Assembly: GCA_034780895.1 (NCBI GenBank)
Contig: JAUZTB010000072.1
Span: 14,554,373 to 14,618,372 of the forward strand
Source of the DNA: Rhynchobatus australiae
Lineage: Eukaryota
Direction: 5' to 3'
Length of the DNA: 64,000 nucleotides
A program made the position numbers and the translations under genes. Below the pieces are notes generated by a model. It saw only the letters and a program-made list of their open reading frames with translations. It searched no databases and was not told the origin of the DNA. Positions 61,871 through 64,000 of this stretch are shown here, in pieces. Each line of letters starts with the position of its first letter. The first letter of the stretch is position 1.

Positions 61871-64000
61871 TGTATTGCCTGATATCTAGGTGGAGGGCTT
61901 TCTGATCCATGACTGGAGAAATAACAACTGTTCAATCAAGAGACTGCTAGTGACCCACCTCAGTGCCACCCCTACCCCCCATACCAAGCCTCTTCATCAC
62001 CCTGCCAATGGCAGGCAGGCCTTCCTGCTCTAGAATAGTGTCAGATTTTGTTTGATGGCACTCTTGGAATGCTTTGGGATGTTTTACAACTTTATGGGTA
62101 CTTTATTGTGGTACACCCCTACCTCTCTCTTACAATATTCCTTCATATCGATTTTATTGTTCAGGAAAAACTCTGCAGGTCTTCAACCTGAAATGTTAAC
62201 TGTTTCTCACTCCACAGATGTTTCCAGTATTTTCAGATATTATATCAGTGAAAATCCATTTTATTAAATAATTTATTAACCCTTCCTAATACTTCCTTTG
62301 GCTCAATAGCTAGTTTTCAATTAGACATAAAGCTGCTGTGTGAAATGGATGTTGTTAATGATGTTGCTACCCCTTCCTCTTATTGTTGGCTCCACAGGGC
62401 CATCAGAAGTCTCACTTCACTGCTGCTATGCTGCTGAGGCAGTATTGATGCTGGGATTGTAACTTAAGGGGAGGAAGACTTTAAATGAGGAAGCCCTCAG
62501 ATCAATTGCTTGGCCAGAACTGAAGTCCCGCCTTGAAGAGCTAGGTTGACAATCAAGAACAAAGAGAAGTGGAGTGCTTCACTGTCAGAAATGTTATCTA
62601 TCGAATGAAACATTGAACTGAGACCCTTTGTGTTTCTCATATAGAAGTAAAACATCCCATGACACATCCAAACAGCAACAGGGCTGTTGGTTTTATGGCC
62701 AATTGTTATCTTATAGTCTACAATAAGAAGAATAATATTATCTGATTATTGATGTTTATGGAAGGATCCACCGGCAAATTTACTGCTTCTTTTCCTACTA
62801 TAAGCCATCTCTCTGGCTGTTAGGGACTTTTCTATTATTCCTTCATGGACGTGGACACATTAGCAGTGCCAGTATTTATTGCCTATCCCTAAATGTCCTT
62901 GTGTGGAATAACTTGCTTGGCCACTTCAAAGGGCAGTTACGTGTAGGTTTTTTACAACACAAGCACCAGTACCTATCATAGCTTTTTAATTCCACATTTA
63001 TTTAACTAACCACTCAATTCCTCAGCTGCTGCATTGTGATTTAAATTCCTTTCTGTTGATGATTAGTCCAAGCCCATGGATTGTCCATCCTGTAAGTGAA
63101 ACATTGCACAACCCTAGGAATGTAAAAGATGCTATGTAAATTCAAGTCTTTCTTTTCTCTTTGAAACCAGAAGACAGATCTGTAATCCAGGCTTGAGCTG
63201 CAGTTGTGTAGCTGTACTCCCACTCAAACTATCTAAGAGTTTGGCTGCAACACAGCTACAAACTAGCCTGAAGAATGAGTCACATCCCAATGGGTGACTC
63301 ACGATGTAGTTCTGTGGTTGCTTGATCGAGTCCGGATTGAACTAGCCCTTTGTCATAAAANNNNNNNNNNNNNNNNNNNNNNNNNNNNNNNNNNGGGCAA
63401 GCAGGCTGATCTCATCTCTGGCAGCTGAAGGGTTACCCAGGGTCTGGGCAGGGGATTCCAGTTCCTGCTCTGAGTGCCCAGAGACCCTGAAACTGACATG
63501 TGGACAATAGCTATTAATCTCAATTACTGGACCCTCCACACTTAACAAACTTGGACGCAGTAGAGACTTAGATAAAACAAATGTAGTTTATCAAGGCACT
63601 GCCAGGTTACAAACTGTGCTGGAAACAAACTTGACAGCAGACAGATTGAGGCTTGTCCCAGCAGGCTGACTGTGCATGGAGCTGAAGCAAGCAGCTTGGA
63701 TCAAAAGCTTCTATTTAAAATACTTTAATGCAATAAAAAAAATAGCATTTAAACAAAAGTTAGAGAAGAATTTTTTTAAAAGTTTGAATCTGAACAGATA
63801 GACGCTTTGGGTCAGTTCCCAATGTATACCACACAATGTAGACTAGGAAATGAAATTTTAATAAATTGAGCACATAATCTACAATGATGTAAACTGAGTC
63901 AAAGGATCCAGTTGAGATCCTGAACCCACATTCTGGTAAACGGCTCTGATTATACTGTTCTGTTCTCTTCACCAACTGTAAAGCAGTCCTGTGCTTTCAG

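Overview
Vertebrate genomic DNA, most likely a cartilaginous fish (shark or ray) judging by its repeats: HER1/CR1 LINEs, V-SINEs, Deu/SacSINE-like SINEs, Rex1, RTE and Penelope-like elements. The assembly is a draft with many N gaps. The one complete gene is MICOS10 (MINOS1/Mic10) on the + strand: 4 coding exons (30250-30313, 45353-45400, 45926-46035, 47745-47759) give a 78-aa protein, with a CpG-island promoter and a polyA signal at 47885. About 11.8 kb upstream, a second CpG island carries a minus-strand first exon whose only coding content is ATG followed by GTGAGT (18453-18455). This fits CAPZB exon 1, given the known CAPZB-MICOS10-NBL1 gene order, and positions 1-18452 would be its intron 1. 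A broad CpG-rich domain at about 51-60 kb probably holds the non-coding 5' end of NBL1 (synteny inference only; no coding exon seen). The rest is intronic or intergenic DNA full of decayed transposons. Points of interest: a fossil retroviral/Gypsy integrase beside the MICOS10 promoter, an apparent loss of the conserved Trp in the Mic10 KWD motif, Penelope-derived repeats with decayed hammerhead cores (one a palindromic insert with a target-site duplication), and a degenerate FOX/p53-half-site repeat next to the CAPZB promoter. I found no convincing novel multi-gene system. Repeat boundaries are approximate and family names come from recalled consensus motifs, not database searches.
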